NCBI GenBank assembly: GCA_900234795.1
Contig: LT962688.1
Coordinates: 1,320,001-1,352,000 of the forward strand
Reading direction: 5' to 3'
Length of the DNA stretch: 32,000 nucleotides
DNA from: Methylorubrum extorquens
GTDB lineage: Bacteria > Pseudomonadota > Alphaproteobacteria > Rhizobiales > Beijerinckiaceae
In this document: positions 18,411-26,683 of the stretch, one piece after another
How the letters are laid out: every line of letters starts with the position of its first letter
Numbering within the stretch: position 1 is the first letter of the stretch
Notes under the pieces: generated by a model
Databases searched by the model: none
The model's input: only the letters and a program-made list of their open reading frames with translations
What the model was told of the DNA's origin: nothing
Position numbers and translations under genes: made by a program

Positions 18411-20648
18411 ATGTTCGACGTACAACGTGAAGAGCTGATCTGGGGCGACCGCAAGCTCGTCCTCGAGACCGGCAAGACCGCCCGCCAGGCGGACGGCTCC
18501 GTGGTCGCCACCTACGGCGAGACCACCGTGCTCGCCACCGTGGTCGCGGGCAAGGAGCCCAAGGCCGGCATCGACTTCCTGCCGCTCACCGTGAACTACC
18601 AGGAGCGCGCCTACGCCGCCGGCCGCATCCCCGGCGGCTACTTCAAGCGCGAAGGCCGTCCCTCCGAGAAGGAGACGCTGGTCTCCCGCCTGATCGACCG
18701 CCCGATCCGTCCGCTCTTCGTCGAGGGCTGGCGCAACGACACCCAGGTCGTCGTCACCGTCCTCTCCCACGATCTCGAGAACGATCCCGACATCGTCGCG
18801 ATGGTCGCGGCCTCCGCCGCCCTCACCCTGTCGGGCGTGCCCTTCATGGGCCCGATCGGCGCGGCCCGCGTCGGCTACCTCAACGGCGGCTACAAGCTGA
18901 ACCCGCTGGTGACGGAAATCGCCGAATCGACCCTCGATCTCGTCGTCGCCGGCACCCAGGACGCGGTGCTGATGGTCGAGTCCGAGGCCAAGGAGCTCTC
19001 CGAGGACGTGATGCTTGGGGCCGTGATGTTCGGCCACAAGCACTTCCAGCCGGTGATCGAGGCGATCATCCGTCTGGCCGAGAAGGCCGCCAAGGAGCCG
19101 CGCGACTTCACCCCGCCGGAGAACGCCGACGTCGAGGCCGCCGTTCTCGCGGTCGCCGAGACCGAGCTGCGCGAGGCCTACAAGAAGACGGTCAAGCAGG
19201 AGCGCTACGCCGCCGTCGACGCCGTGAAGGCGAAGGTCGTGGCCGCGCTCTGCCCGGCCGAGGGCGAGCAGAAGTTCAGCCCTGAGAAGGTCAAGGCGGC
19301 CTTCAAGGAGGCGCAGTCGAAGGTGGTCCGCTGGAACATCCTCGACACCGGAAGCCGCATCGACGGCCGTGACGTGAAAACGGTCCGCTCGATCGTCTCC
19401 GAGGTCGGCGTGCTGCCCCGCGCCCACGGTTCGTCGCTGTTCACCCGCGGTGAGACCCAGGCGCTGGTCGTGGCCACGCTCGGCACCGGTGAGGACGAGC
19501 AGTTCATCGACGCGCTGGAGGGCACCTACAAGGAGCGCTTCCTGCTCCACTACAACTTCCCTCCCTATTCCGTCGGCGAGACCGGCCGCATGGGTTCGCC
19601 CGGCCGCCGCGAGATCGGCCACGGCAAGCTCGCCTGGCGCGCGATCCGTCCCGTTCTGCCGCCGGCCCACGAGTTCCCGTACACGATCCGCGTGGTCTCC
19701 GAGATCACCGAGTCGAACGGCTCCTCCTCGATGGCCTCGGTCTGCGGCGGCTCGCTGTCGCTGATGGATGCGGGCGTGCCCCTGCGCCGTCCGGTCGCCG
19801 GCATCGCCATGGGCCTCATCCTCGAAGGTGAGCGCTTCGCCGTGCTGTCCGACATCCTCGGCGACGAGGATCACCTCGGCGACATGGACTTCAAGGTGGC
19901 CGGCTCGGAGGAGGGCATCACCTCCCTCCAGATGGACATCAAGATCGCCGGCATCACCGAGGAGATCATGAAGATCGCCCTCGCCCAGGCCAAGGACGGC
20001 CGCGCCCACATCCTGGGCGAGATGTCCAAGGCCCTGACCGCGGCCCGTCCGGAGCTCGGCGAATACGCGCCGCGCATCGAGACGATGCAGATCCCCACCG
20101 ACAAGATCCGTGACGTGATCGGCACCGGCGGCAAGATCATCCGCGAGATCGTCGAGAAGACCGGCGCCAAGATCAACATCGAGGATACCGGCATCGTCAA
20201 GATCGCCTCCTCCGACGGCAAGGCGATCAAGGCGGCCTATAACTGGATCCGCTCCATCGTCGCCGAGCCCGAGGCCGGCACGATCTACGACGGCACGATC
20301 GTCAAGATCATGGAGTTCGGCGCCTTCGTGAACTTCTTCGGCGCCAAGGACGGCCTCGTCCACATCTCGGAGCTGGCCGCCCAGCGCGTCGCCAAGGTCG
20401 GCGACGTCGTGAAGGAGGGCCAGAAGGTCAAGGTGAAGTTCCTCGGTGCCGACGAGCGCGGCAAGATCCGCCTCTCGATGAAGGTCGTCGATCAGGAGAC
20501 CGGCGAGGACCTCACCGAGAAGCTCAAGGCCGAGCGGGCTGAGCGCGGCGAGCCGGAGCGCGAGGAGCGCAGCGACCGCGGTGATCGTGGCGACCGCGGC
20601 CCCCGCCGTGACCGCGGCGAGCGCCGCCGGGAATCGTCGGGCGAGTAA
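18411..20648 (+). CDS. pnp: polyribonucleotide nucleotidyltransferase (PNPase) with an Arg/Asp/Glu-rich C-terminal tail
   Basis: The start is [31 protein letters not shown]..., with GAAGGCGAGAGA upstream. Two RNase PH domains, a KH domain and an S1 domain ([15 protein letters not shown]) are present. The tail reads [27 protein letters not shown]. Confidence 0.97.
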   Translation: MFDVQREELIWGDRKLVLETGKTARQADGSVVATYGETTVLATVVAGKEPKAGIDFLPLTVNYQERAYAAGRIPGGYFKREGRPSEKETLVSRLIDRPIRPLFVEGWRNDTQVVVTVLSHDLENDPDIVAMVAASAALTLSGVPFMGPIGAARVGYLNGGYKLNPLVTEIAESTLDLVVAGTQDAVLMVESEAKELSEDVMLGAVMFGHKHFQPVIEAIIRLAEKAAKEPRDFTPPENADVEAAVLAVAETELREAYKKTVKQERYAAVDAVKAKVVAALCPAEGEQKFSPEKVKAAFKEAQSKVVRWNILDTGSRIDGRDVKTVRSIVSEVGVLPRAHGSSLFTRGETQALVVATLGTGEDEQFIDALEGTYKERFLLHYNFPPYSVGETGRMGSPGRREIGHGKLAWRAIRPVLPPAHEFPYTIRVVSEITESNGSSSMASVCGGSLSLMDAGVPLRRPVAGIAMGLILEGERFAVLSDILGDEDHLGDMDFKVAGSEEGITSLQMDIKIAGITEEIMKIALAQAKDGRAHILGEMSKALTAARPELGEYAPRIETMQIPTDKIRDVIGTGGKIIREIVEKTGAKINIEDTGIVKIASSDGKAIKAAYNWIRSIVAEPEAGTIYDGTIVKIMEFGAFVNFFGAKDGLVHISELAAQRVAKVGDVVKEGQKVKVKFLGADERGKIRLSMKVVDQETGEDLTEKLKAERAERGEPEREERSDRGDRGDRGPRRDRGERRRESSGE

Positions 20649-20678
20649 GCCCCGCCCCGCACGCCATACCGGACGTTT

Positions 20679-20716
20679 AAAGAGCGCGGTCCCTCCGGGG
20701 GCCGCGCTCTTTGCTT
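20679..20716 (+). terminator. pnp intrinsic terminator
   Basis: AAAGAGCGCGG (20679-20689) pairs with CCGCGCTCTTT (20702-20712) around a CCC/GGG-containing loop. T-containing sequence follows. Confidence 0.75.
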
Positions 20717-20871
20717 GTGGCCCTCGGCCATTTTGCACAATGGCAAAGTATCGATTGCCTATTTTCCATATCAAATCGGTAAATCTGCAATAATTCAACC
20801 TTCGCCAAGCTGAGCCGGATTAGGACCAAGTCTTCCCCGTCTATTCTAATAAAAAAAGAAGGGGGAAGCTT
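20717..20871 (+). promoter_or_regulatory. AT-rich promoter/operator region of the TonB-dependent receptor gene
   Basis: This is the only strongly AT-rich stretch in the window (for example tattttccatatcaaatcggtaaatctgcaataattcaa and ctattctaataaaaaaagaagggggaag). It contains the imperfect inverted repeat TATCGATT-N16-AAATCGGTA and the RBS GAAGGGGGAAG. No convincing Fur/Irr/RirA box was recognised. Confidence 0.4.
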
Positions 20872-23139
20872 ATGAGAACCGCTCGCCAGAGCCGCACTGT
20901 GCTGCGGCCGATGCTGCTTGGCTCCGTTGCCTGTACAAGCATCGTTGCGGCTTTCATCCATCCGGCGCGGGCGCAAGTCACGGACATCAACACCGGCCTG
21001 CCGACCGCTCAGGCGGTCCATCCGCTCGCCGCGTCTCCCTCGGTCGGCGGCGTCACCCTCGATATGATCAGCGTCGCCGGGTCCGGGCTCGGGCGCGGCC
21101 TCGTCGTCGACAGCTCAGGCTCGCAGGTCGGCTACCTCGCCCGGCGCCTGCGCTCCTCGACCAAGACCGACACGCCGCTGATCGACACGCCGCAGGCGAT
21201 CTCGGTGGTGACGGAAGCGCAGATCCGCGACCAGAACGTCCAGAGCATCGGCGAGGCGCTGCGCTACGTCCCCGGCGTCGCCATCGCCCAGGGCGAGGGC
21301 CACCGCGACGAGATCCTGATCCGCGGCCAGCGCACGACCGCCGACTTCTTCGTCAACGGCATCCGCGACGACGCGCGCTACTTCCGCGACCTCTACAACA
21401 CCCAGCGCATCGAGGTCCTGAAGGGCCCCAACGCGATGATCTTCGGCCGCGGCGGCGGCGGCGGCGTGGTCAACCGCGTGCTCAAGGAAGCCGACGGGGT
21501 GCCGATCCGCGAGGTGCTGGTGCAGGGCGGCCAGTTCGGGAACAAGCGCATGGCGGTCGATCTCGGCGACCGCGTCTCCGACACCGCCTTCTTCCGCCTC
21601 AACGGCGTGTTCGAAGATACAGGCACCTATCGCGACTTCATCGACGTCCGCCGCTACGGCGTGAACCCGACGATGACCTTCCTGCTCGGGCCGCAGACGA
21701 CGCTGCGCCTGTCCTACGAGTTCTTCTCCGACAACCGCATCGCCGACCGCGGCATCCCCTCACAGTTCGGGCGCCCCTGGCGCTATCGCGAGAACACCAG
21801 CACGCTGTTCGGCGCGCCCTTGATCTCGGACGGCTTCGTCGATGCCCATATCGGCAACGCGCAGCTCGACCATGTCTTCGAGAGCGGCGTCGTGATGCGC
21901 AGTCAGACGCGGATCGCCGACTACGCGAAGTACCATCAGAACGCCTACCCCAACAGTCCGGTCAGTGCCGACGAGACCTCGTTCGTGATGCGCGGCTACG
22001 GCAGCCAGACCGACCGCACGAACTATTTCAATCAGACCGACTTCACCTACAAATTCAACACCGGCCCCCTCGCCCACACCGTGGTGGCCGGCCTGGAACT
22101 CGGTTTTCAGGAGGGGATCGACTTCCGGCGCGACTTCATCTGGAATTCGACCGGCACCCGCAACCTTCCCGTCAATCCCTTCGCGCCGACCACGACCGAG
22201 GGTGCAACGCTGCGGAATCTCGCGTCGGGCCGCAACAACACCTATCGGCTCGGCGTGTTCTCCGCCTTCGCCCAGGACCAGATCGAGATCGACGAGCATC
22301 TGCAGTTCATCGTCGGCGCCCGCTTCGACCGCTTCGATTTCCAATCGCGCGACCGTCGCCCCGACACCGCGACCGGCCTCCCTGCCCAACCGAACAGCCG
22401 CATCGACAATCTTGTTTCGCCACGGGTCGGCGTCGTGGTGAAGCCGCTGCCGAATCTCGCCTTCTACGGCAGCTATTCGGTGTCCTTCCTGCCGAGCGCG
22501 GGCGATCAGTTCCGCGTGCTGGACCCGACGACCGCTTTGTCCGCCCCCGAGCGGTTCGAGAACGCGGAAATCGGCGTGAAATACGAGATCACGCCGGCCC
22601 TGATCCTCACCGCTGCGCTGTTCAACCTCGATCGCGACAACCAGCCGATCCCCTCATCCACCGAAGCGGGTTTCTCCGCCGGCCCGGGCAAGACGAACAC
22701 AAGGGGGGCCGAGATCGGCATCGCCGGCTACGCGACCGATTGGTGGCAGATCTCCGGCGGCTACGCCTATACCGAGCCGCGCATCGTCGCCGACATCGAT
22801 GACGACGGCGACGTGATCCGGGCCGGCAACCTCGTCGGCGGCGTCCCGCTCAACACCTTCAGCCTGTGGAACAAATTCGACATCGGCGAGCGCTTCTCCG
22901 TCGGCGTCGGCTACCTCTACCAGGATGCCAGCTTCGCATCGTCGGACAACACGGTGCGCCTGCCGAGCTTCTCGCGCTTCGATGCCGGCGTGTTCTACGC
23001 GTTCAGCGAGACCATGCGCGCTCAGGTCAACATCGAGAATCTGTTCGACCGGCGCTACGTCATCTCCGCGCACAACAACAACAACATCCTGCCCGGCGCG
23101 CCCCGGACCGTGCGCTTCCAGCTCATCGCGCGGTTCTGA
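20872..23139 (+). CDS. TonB-dependent siderophore receptor (Fiu/catecholate-receptor-like)
   Basis: A signal peptide ends in ARAQ. The plug reads TDTPLIDTPQAISVVT...LRYVPGV...IEVLKGPNAMIFGRGGGGGVVNRV. A beta-barrel follows, with the terminal aromatic residue in ...RFQLIARF. Confidence 0.9.
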   Translation: MRTARQSRTVLRPMLLGSVACTSIVAAFIHPARAQVTDINTGLPTAQAVHPLAASPSVGGVTLDMISVAGSGLGRGLVVDSSGSQVGYLARRLRSSTKTDTPLIDTPQAISVVTEAQIRDQNVQSIGEALRYVPGVAIAQGEGHRDEILIRGQRTTADFFVNGIRDDARYFRDLYNTQRIEVLKGPNAMIFGRGGGGGVVNRVLKEADGVPIREVLVQGGQFGNKRMAVDLGDRVSDTAFFRLNGVFEDTGTYRDFIDVRRYGVNPTMTFLLGPQTTLRLSYEFFSDNRIADRGIPSQFGRPWRYRENTSTLFGAPLISDGFVDAHIGNAQLDHVFESGVVMRSQTRIADYAKYHQNAYPNSPVSADETSFVMRGYGSQTDRTNYFNQTDFTYKFNTGPLAHTVVAGLELGFQEGIDFRRDFIWNSTGTRNLPVNPFAPTTTEGATLRNLASGRNNTYRLGVFSAFAQDQIEIDEHLQFIVGARFDRFDFQSRDRRPDTATGLPAQPNSRIDNLVSPRVGVVVKPLPNLAFYGSYSVSFLPSAGDQFRVLDPTTALSAPERFENAEIGVKYEITPALILTAALFNLDRDNQPIPSSTEAGFSAGPGKTNTRGAEIGIAGYATDWWQISGGYAYTEPRIVADIDDDGDVIRAGNLVGGVPLNTFSLWNKFDIGERFSVGVGYLYQDASFASSDNTVRLPSFSRFDAGVFYAFSETMRAQVNIENLFDRRYVISAHNNNNILPGAPRTVRFQLIARF

Positions 23140-23231
23140 CCCGCGAGGGCGCCCGAGGCTTCCGCGCCCGCGCGCCCTCCCCTAACACCGGGGCGACGCC
23201 CGCCCTGCGGGTGCCTCGCCCCGGAGCCCTC

Positions 23232-23873
23232 ATGTCCGACGATCTCGTCTTCTACACCAACCCGATGTCCCGCGGCCGGATCGTCCGCTGGATGCAGGAA
23301 GAGGTCGGCGCCCCCTACCGCACCGAGATCCTCGGCTACGGCAGCTCCATGAAGGCGCCGGCCTACCGGGCGATCAATCCGATGGGGAAGGTGCCGGCGC
23401 TGCGCCACGGCGAGACGGTGGTGACCGAATGCCCCGCGATCCTCGCTTATCTCGCCGACGCCTTCCCGCAGGCCGGGCTCGCCCCTGAGCCTAGCCACCA
23501 CGACCGCGGCCCCTATTATCGCTGGCTGTTCTTCTGCGCCGGGCCCCTCGAGGCGGCGGTCACGAACGGCGTGCTCAAAGTGAGCGTCCCCGACGACCCG
23601 CGCATGCAGGGCATGGTCGGCTACGGCAGCCTGGAGATGGCCCTCGACACGCTCGAAACCGCCGTCTCCGGGGTGGAGTTCGTGGCAGGCGACCGGTTCA
23701 GCGCCGCCGACCTCTACGTCGCCGCGCATCTCGGCTGGGGCATGCAGTTCGGCACGATCCCGAAGCGCCCGGCCTTCGAGGCCTATGCCGGGCGCCACCT
23801 CGCCCGCGAGGCGGCCGCGCGGGCGCGGGCGATCGATGACGCTTTGCTCGCCGAGGCGCAGGCGGCGTCATAG
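23232..23873 (+). CDS. glutathione S-transferase family protein
   Basis: The thioredoxin-like N-domain reads MSDDLVFYTNPMSRGRIVRW...INPMGKVPALRHGETVVTECPAILAYL, followed by a helical C-domain. ATG at 23232 is in frame within the longer ORF 22866..23873, whose upstream part overlaps the receptor gene. Confidence 0.85.
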   Translation: MSDDLVFYTNPMSRGRIVRWMQEEVGAPYRTEILGYGSSMKAPAYRAINPMGKVPALRHGETVVTECPAILAYLADAFPQAGLAPEPSHHDRGPYYRWLFFCAGPLEAAVTNGVLKVSVPDDPRMQGMVGYGSLEMALDTLETAVSGVEFVAGDRFSAADLYVAAHLGWGMQFGTIPKRPAFEAYAGRHLAREAAARARAIDDALLAEAQAAS

Positions 23874-23885
23874 TCGCCGACCGAC

Positions 23886-23910
23886 GGAACGGCCCCGCCC
23901 GCCCCGCGTT
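23886..23910 (+). promoter_or_regulatory. sigma-EcfG type promoter motif GGAAC-N16-CGTT
   Basis: GGAAC at 23886-23890, a 16-nt spacer, then CGTT at 23907-23910. The motif is about 40 nt upstream of the DUF2892 gene start and 29 nt upstream of its AAGGAG RBS. Confidence 0.6.
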
Positions 23911-23948
23911 CGCCCCGCGAAGTCGCACGAGCGTCGAGAAGGAGTGCG

Positions 23949-24188
23949 TTGACCGTGAACGAGATGATCGAGGACATTTTTTCGGGCGAGCCGAACCTGA
24001 GCATGACCGAGCGGGCGGTCTCCGTCGCGCTGGGGCTCGGCATCGCCGCCGCGGCGGCCCAGCCCCGGCCGAACAAGCTCCTGAGCCTCGCCGCCCTGGT
24101 GGTCGGCGTCGGGCTCGCCGTGCGCGGCGCCACCGGCCATTGCGCCGTCAAGGCGGTCACCGCGGGCGGGCGTGACCTGACCGGCTGA
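23949..24188 (+). CDS. DUF2892 (YgaP-like) small two-helix membrane protein
   Basis: The ERAVSVALGLGIAAAA...LAALVVGVGLAVRGATGHCAV pattern resembles the DUF2892 consensus (DR..R...G......G..G.CP). AAGGAG is at 23939-23944. GTG 23955 has better SD spacing than TTG 23949. Confidence 0.6.
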   Translation: MTVNEMIEDIFSGEPNLSMTERAVSVALGLGIAAAAAQPRPNKLLSLAALVVGVGLAVRGATGHCAVKAVTAGGRDLTG

Positions 24189-24244
24189 TCTCGCGCGTTT
24201 CGCGATCGAAGCTGCGCGTGGTCGCAACGCGATCAGGCGCAGCC

Positions 24245-24760
24245 TCAATCAGACGAGACTTCGGCCGAAGACCGGGGCGCGAACGCGTCCGGTTTCCCGT
24301 CTTGAACCGGGCCGGCCTCGAAACGCTGCCGCGCCTCTTGAATGGCCGTATGGTTCTGCTCGGCCCAGCCGACGAGGTGAGCGAGCGGATCAAGGAGCGC
24401 GCTTCCCAACGGCGTCAACCGGTACTCGACACTCGGCGGCTTCGTCGGGAACACCGTCCGTGCGATGAGCCCATCCCGTTCGAGGTCGCGAAATGTCTGC
24501 GTCAGCATACGCTTGGAGATGTCGGGGATCATGCGGGCGACCGCGCTGAACCGGCCCGGCCCTGCGGCCAATGCGATCAAGATCAGCATCGACCACTTGT
24601 CGCCGACCCGATCCAGCACATCGCGGACCGGACATGACGCGATCTCCGCGAAACTGGACTGCCAGACGGCAAATCGCCGTGCCAGTTCGATCTGACCCGG
24701 CCGGAGGGCGGTTCCGTCGCTGTCACCTTGTCCCAAAGAAGTGCCTCCTTCACGGCTCAC
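24245..24760 (-). CDS. HxlR-family winged-helix transcriptional regulator
   Basis: [77 protein letters not shown] is a canonical HxlR domain. The longest start is GTG 24760. In-frame TTG 24736 is preceded by a strong GAAGGAGG and may be the real start. Confidence 0.85.
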   Translation of the reverse strand: MSREGGTSLGQGDSDGTALRPGQIELARRFAVWQSSFAEIASCPVRDVLDRVGDKWSMLILIALAAGPGRFSAVARMIPDISKRMLTQTFRDLERDGLIARTVFPTKPPSVEYRLTPLGSALLDPLAHLVGWAEQNHTAIQEARQRFEAGPVQDGKPDAFAPRSSAEVSSD

Positions 24761-24773
24761 ACGGTCTCAATTA

Positions 24774-24786
24774 GGTACCACGTACC
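24774..24786. promoter_or_regulatory. perfect inverted repeat GGTAC-N3-GTACC in the hxlR/qorB divergent intergenic region (candidate operator)
   Basis: GGTACCACGTACC at 24774-24786 lies between the two divergent start codons (24760 and 24814). Confidence 0.35.
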
Positions 24787-24813
24787 GTATGGGAACCGAG
24801 TGGGACCACCATC

Positions 24814-25708
24814 ATGAGCACACCCGAACCGCGTCTTTTCGTGACCGGTGCCACCGGCCAGCTCGGCCGGCTGGTGATCGAAGCCTTGCTGAAGCGGGTG
24901 CCGGCCGACAGCATCATGGCGGGTGTCCGCTCGCTGGAGAGTGCTGCGGCTGAGGACCTGCGCGGCGCAAGGCGTCACGCTCCGCGTGGCCGACTACGCG
25001 CGTCCCGAGACATTGGCGGAAGCCTTTCGCGGCATCGACCGCCTGCTTCTCATCTCGTCCAGTGAGATCGGCCAGCGCGTTGCCCAGCACCAGAACGTCA
25101 TCCAAGCCGCCCGGCAATCCGGCGTGAACCTGATCGCCTATACCAGCCTGCTTCGCGCCGACACCTCGCCACTCGCACTAGCGGACGAGCATCGGCGGAC
25201 GGAAGACGCACTGAAGGCTTCCGGCCTGTCCTTCGCCGTGCTGCGCAATGGCTGGTACACCAAGAACTACGCGGCCTCGATCGCGCCGGCCCTGGCCCAT
25301 GGGGTCCTTCTGGGCAGTGCGGGCGAGGGCCGGATCGCCTCCGCCGCGCGGGCGGACTTCGCCGAGGCCGCCGCCGTCGTGCTGACGACAGACGGCCATG
25401 ACGGACGCGTCTACGAACTGGCGGGGGATGACGCCTACACCCTGGACGAGTTCGCGGCAGCGGTGAGCGTGCTGTCCGGCCGGACGGTCGTCTATCGGAA
25501 CCTGACGGAGGCTGCGTTCAAGGCGGCCCTGGTCGCCGCCGGCCTGCCGGAGGACTTCGCGGCGCTGCTCGCCGATTCGGATATGGCGGCGGCCCAGGGC
25601 GGACTCAACGATACGAACCGCCAGCTGAGCGGGCTGATCGGCCGGCCGACGACCCCCTATCGGACCACGATCGCCGGAACGATCAGCGGGATGGCGGCCC
25701 AGGGCTGA
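24814..25708 (+). pseudogene. NmrA/QorB (YtfG)-like NAD(P)H:quinone oxidoreductase with the frame broken near codon 50
   Basis: The N-terminus MSTPEPRLFVTGATGQLGRLVIEALLKRVPADSIMAGVRSLESAAAEDLR is in the 24814 frame. The rest, AQGVTLRVADYARPETL...LLISSSEIGQR...AYTSLLRADTSPLALADEH...LRNGWYTKNY, is in the 24923 frame. The whole aligns collinearly with E. coli YtfG as I remember it. Deleting one G at 24964-24965 (cgcGGcgca) joins the two parts. Confidence 0.8.
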
Positions 25709-25750
25709 CGCTTCCGACGCGCCGATGGCCGCGGCTTCCGGGCCCAACGA

Positions 25751-25789
25751 AAAAGAGGCGCCCCGCGAGGAGCGCCTCATTTCTCTTCA
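25751..25789. terminator. bidirectional intrinsic terminator between the convergent qorB-like and yeaQ-like genes
   Basis: The sequence is AAAA-GAGGCGC (25755-25761) - loop - GCGCCTC (25772-25778) - ATTTCTCTT. The A-run upstream and T-rich run downstream fit both strands. Confidence 0.65.
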
Positions 25790-25806
25790 AAGCGGGTTGC
25801 CGCCTA

Positions 25807-26073
25807 TCAGAGCGAGCGGCTGCTGGTCCGGCCGGCGATGAAGCCGTAGATCGCCAGCACCACGCAGGCGCCGACGATGGAGCCGATGAAGCGCGCGCCC
25901 TCGTTGGGCCCGTACCAGCCGACCGCCTGACCGATGAAGGTCGCGACGAAGGCGCCGACGATGCCGAGGATCGTCGTCAGGATGAAGCCGGACGGCTCCT
26001 TGTCACCGGGCATGATGAACTTGGCGATGATGCCGGCCACGAAGCCGATGATGATGGTCCAGAGAATTTCCAT
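25807..26073 (-). CDS. GlsB/YeaQ/YmgE (transglycosylase-associated) stress-response membrane protein
   Basis: The 88-aa product is MEILWTIIIGFVAGIIAKFIMPGDKEPSGFILTTILGIVGAFVATFIGQAVGWY...IGSIVGACVVLAIYGFI. The start is the internal ATG 26073 of ORF 25807..26331. Confidence 0.85.
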   Translation of the reverse strand: MEILWTIIIGFVAGIIAKFIMPGDKEPSGFILTTILGIVGAFVATFIGQAVGWYGPNEGARFIGSIVGACVVLAIYGFIAGRTSSRSL

Positions 26074-26144
26074 GTCGTCCCAACCCCGAAAGTCGTCGTC
26101 GATCTGAAGCTCCGGCCGGAAGACTTGGCCGTATTCGGATGACA

Positions 26145-26170
26145 AACGCGCGAGCGACGACGCCGGTTGC
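26145..26170 (-). promoter_or_regulatory. near-consensus ECF/EcfG-type promoter (GCAAC-N17-CGTT) upstream of the yeaQ-like gene
   Basis: The minus strand reads GCAAC (26170-26166), 17 nt, then CGTT (26148-26145), about 70 nt upstream of ATG 26073. There is one mismatch to GGAAC. Confidence 0.3.
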
Positions 26171-26323
26171 CTTGGGAAATGCGGGACCGTCCAAAAAATC
26201 CGGGCCTGCGCGACCGGCCCGTCCTCCGGCATTCCAGCGCGCCGCTCGAACCCCTTTACGGGGTACCGCTCCGGGCGGCAGAAGGGTTCGCTTCCTTCAC
26301 GAATCGAGACCGGCGACCCTACG

Positions 26324-26683
26324 ATGACCATCGAACGCTACGAGACCGGCCCGCGCATGTCCCAGGCGGTCGCCCATGGCGACCTCGTGTTCCTGGCGGG
26401 TCAGGTGGCCGCCGACGTGGTCGGCACCGGCGTCACCGCACAGACGCAGCAGATCCTCGAACAGATCGACCGGCTGCTGATGGCGACGGGCAGCGACAAG
26501 GCCCGCATCCTCTCGGCGACCGTCTATCTCGCCGATATCGGGAGCTTTGCCGAGATGAACGCCGCCTGGGACGCCTGGGTCGACAAGGGGAACCCGCCCG
26601 CCCGCGCCACCGTCGAGGCGCGGCTCGCCGGGCCGGAATACCTCGTCGAGATCGTGGTCACGGCCGTCCGGGGCAAATCGTGA
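26324..26683 (+). CDS. RidA/YjgF/TdcF family (reactive intermediate deaminase) protein
   Basis: The 119-aa product contains ...AVAHGDLVFLAGQVA...TQQILEQIDRLL...ILSATVYLADIGSFAEMNAAWDAW...PARATVEARLAGPEYLVEIVVTA. Confidence 0.85.
   Translation: MTIERYETGPRMSQAVAHGDLVFLAGQVAADVVGTGVTAQTQQILEQIDRLLMATGSDKARILSATVYLADIGSFAEMNAAWDAWVDKGNPPARATVEARLAGPEYLVEIVVTAVRGKS

Noticed and set aside
20717-20871. Fur box, full Irr ICE box or cobalamin riboswitch upstream of the TonB-dependent receptor
   Set aside because: The best Fur-box alignment matched about 9 of 19 positions. Only half an ICE box is present. No B12-box (GCCACTG-like) is present, and the region is too short and AT-rich for a cobalamin riboswitch.
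26167-26679. N-terminal 171-codon extension of the PotF-like ORF. There are similar extensions at 22866..23231 before the GST gene, 4902..5108 before the response regulator and 26074..26331 before the yeaQ-like gene.
   Set aside because: The extensions overlap neighbouring real genes or promoters and translate to Arg/Pro-rich junk. Each protein has a sensible internal start matching the family N-terminus.
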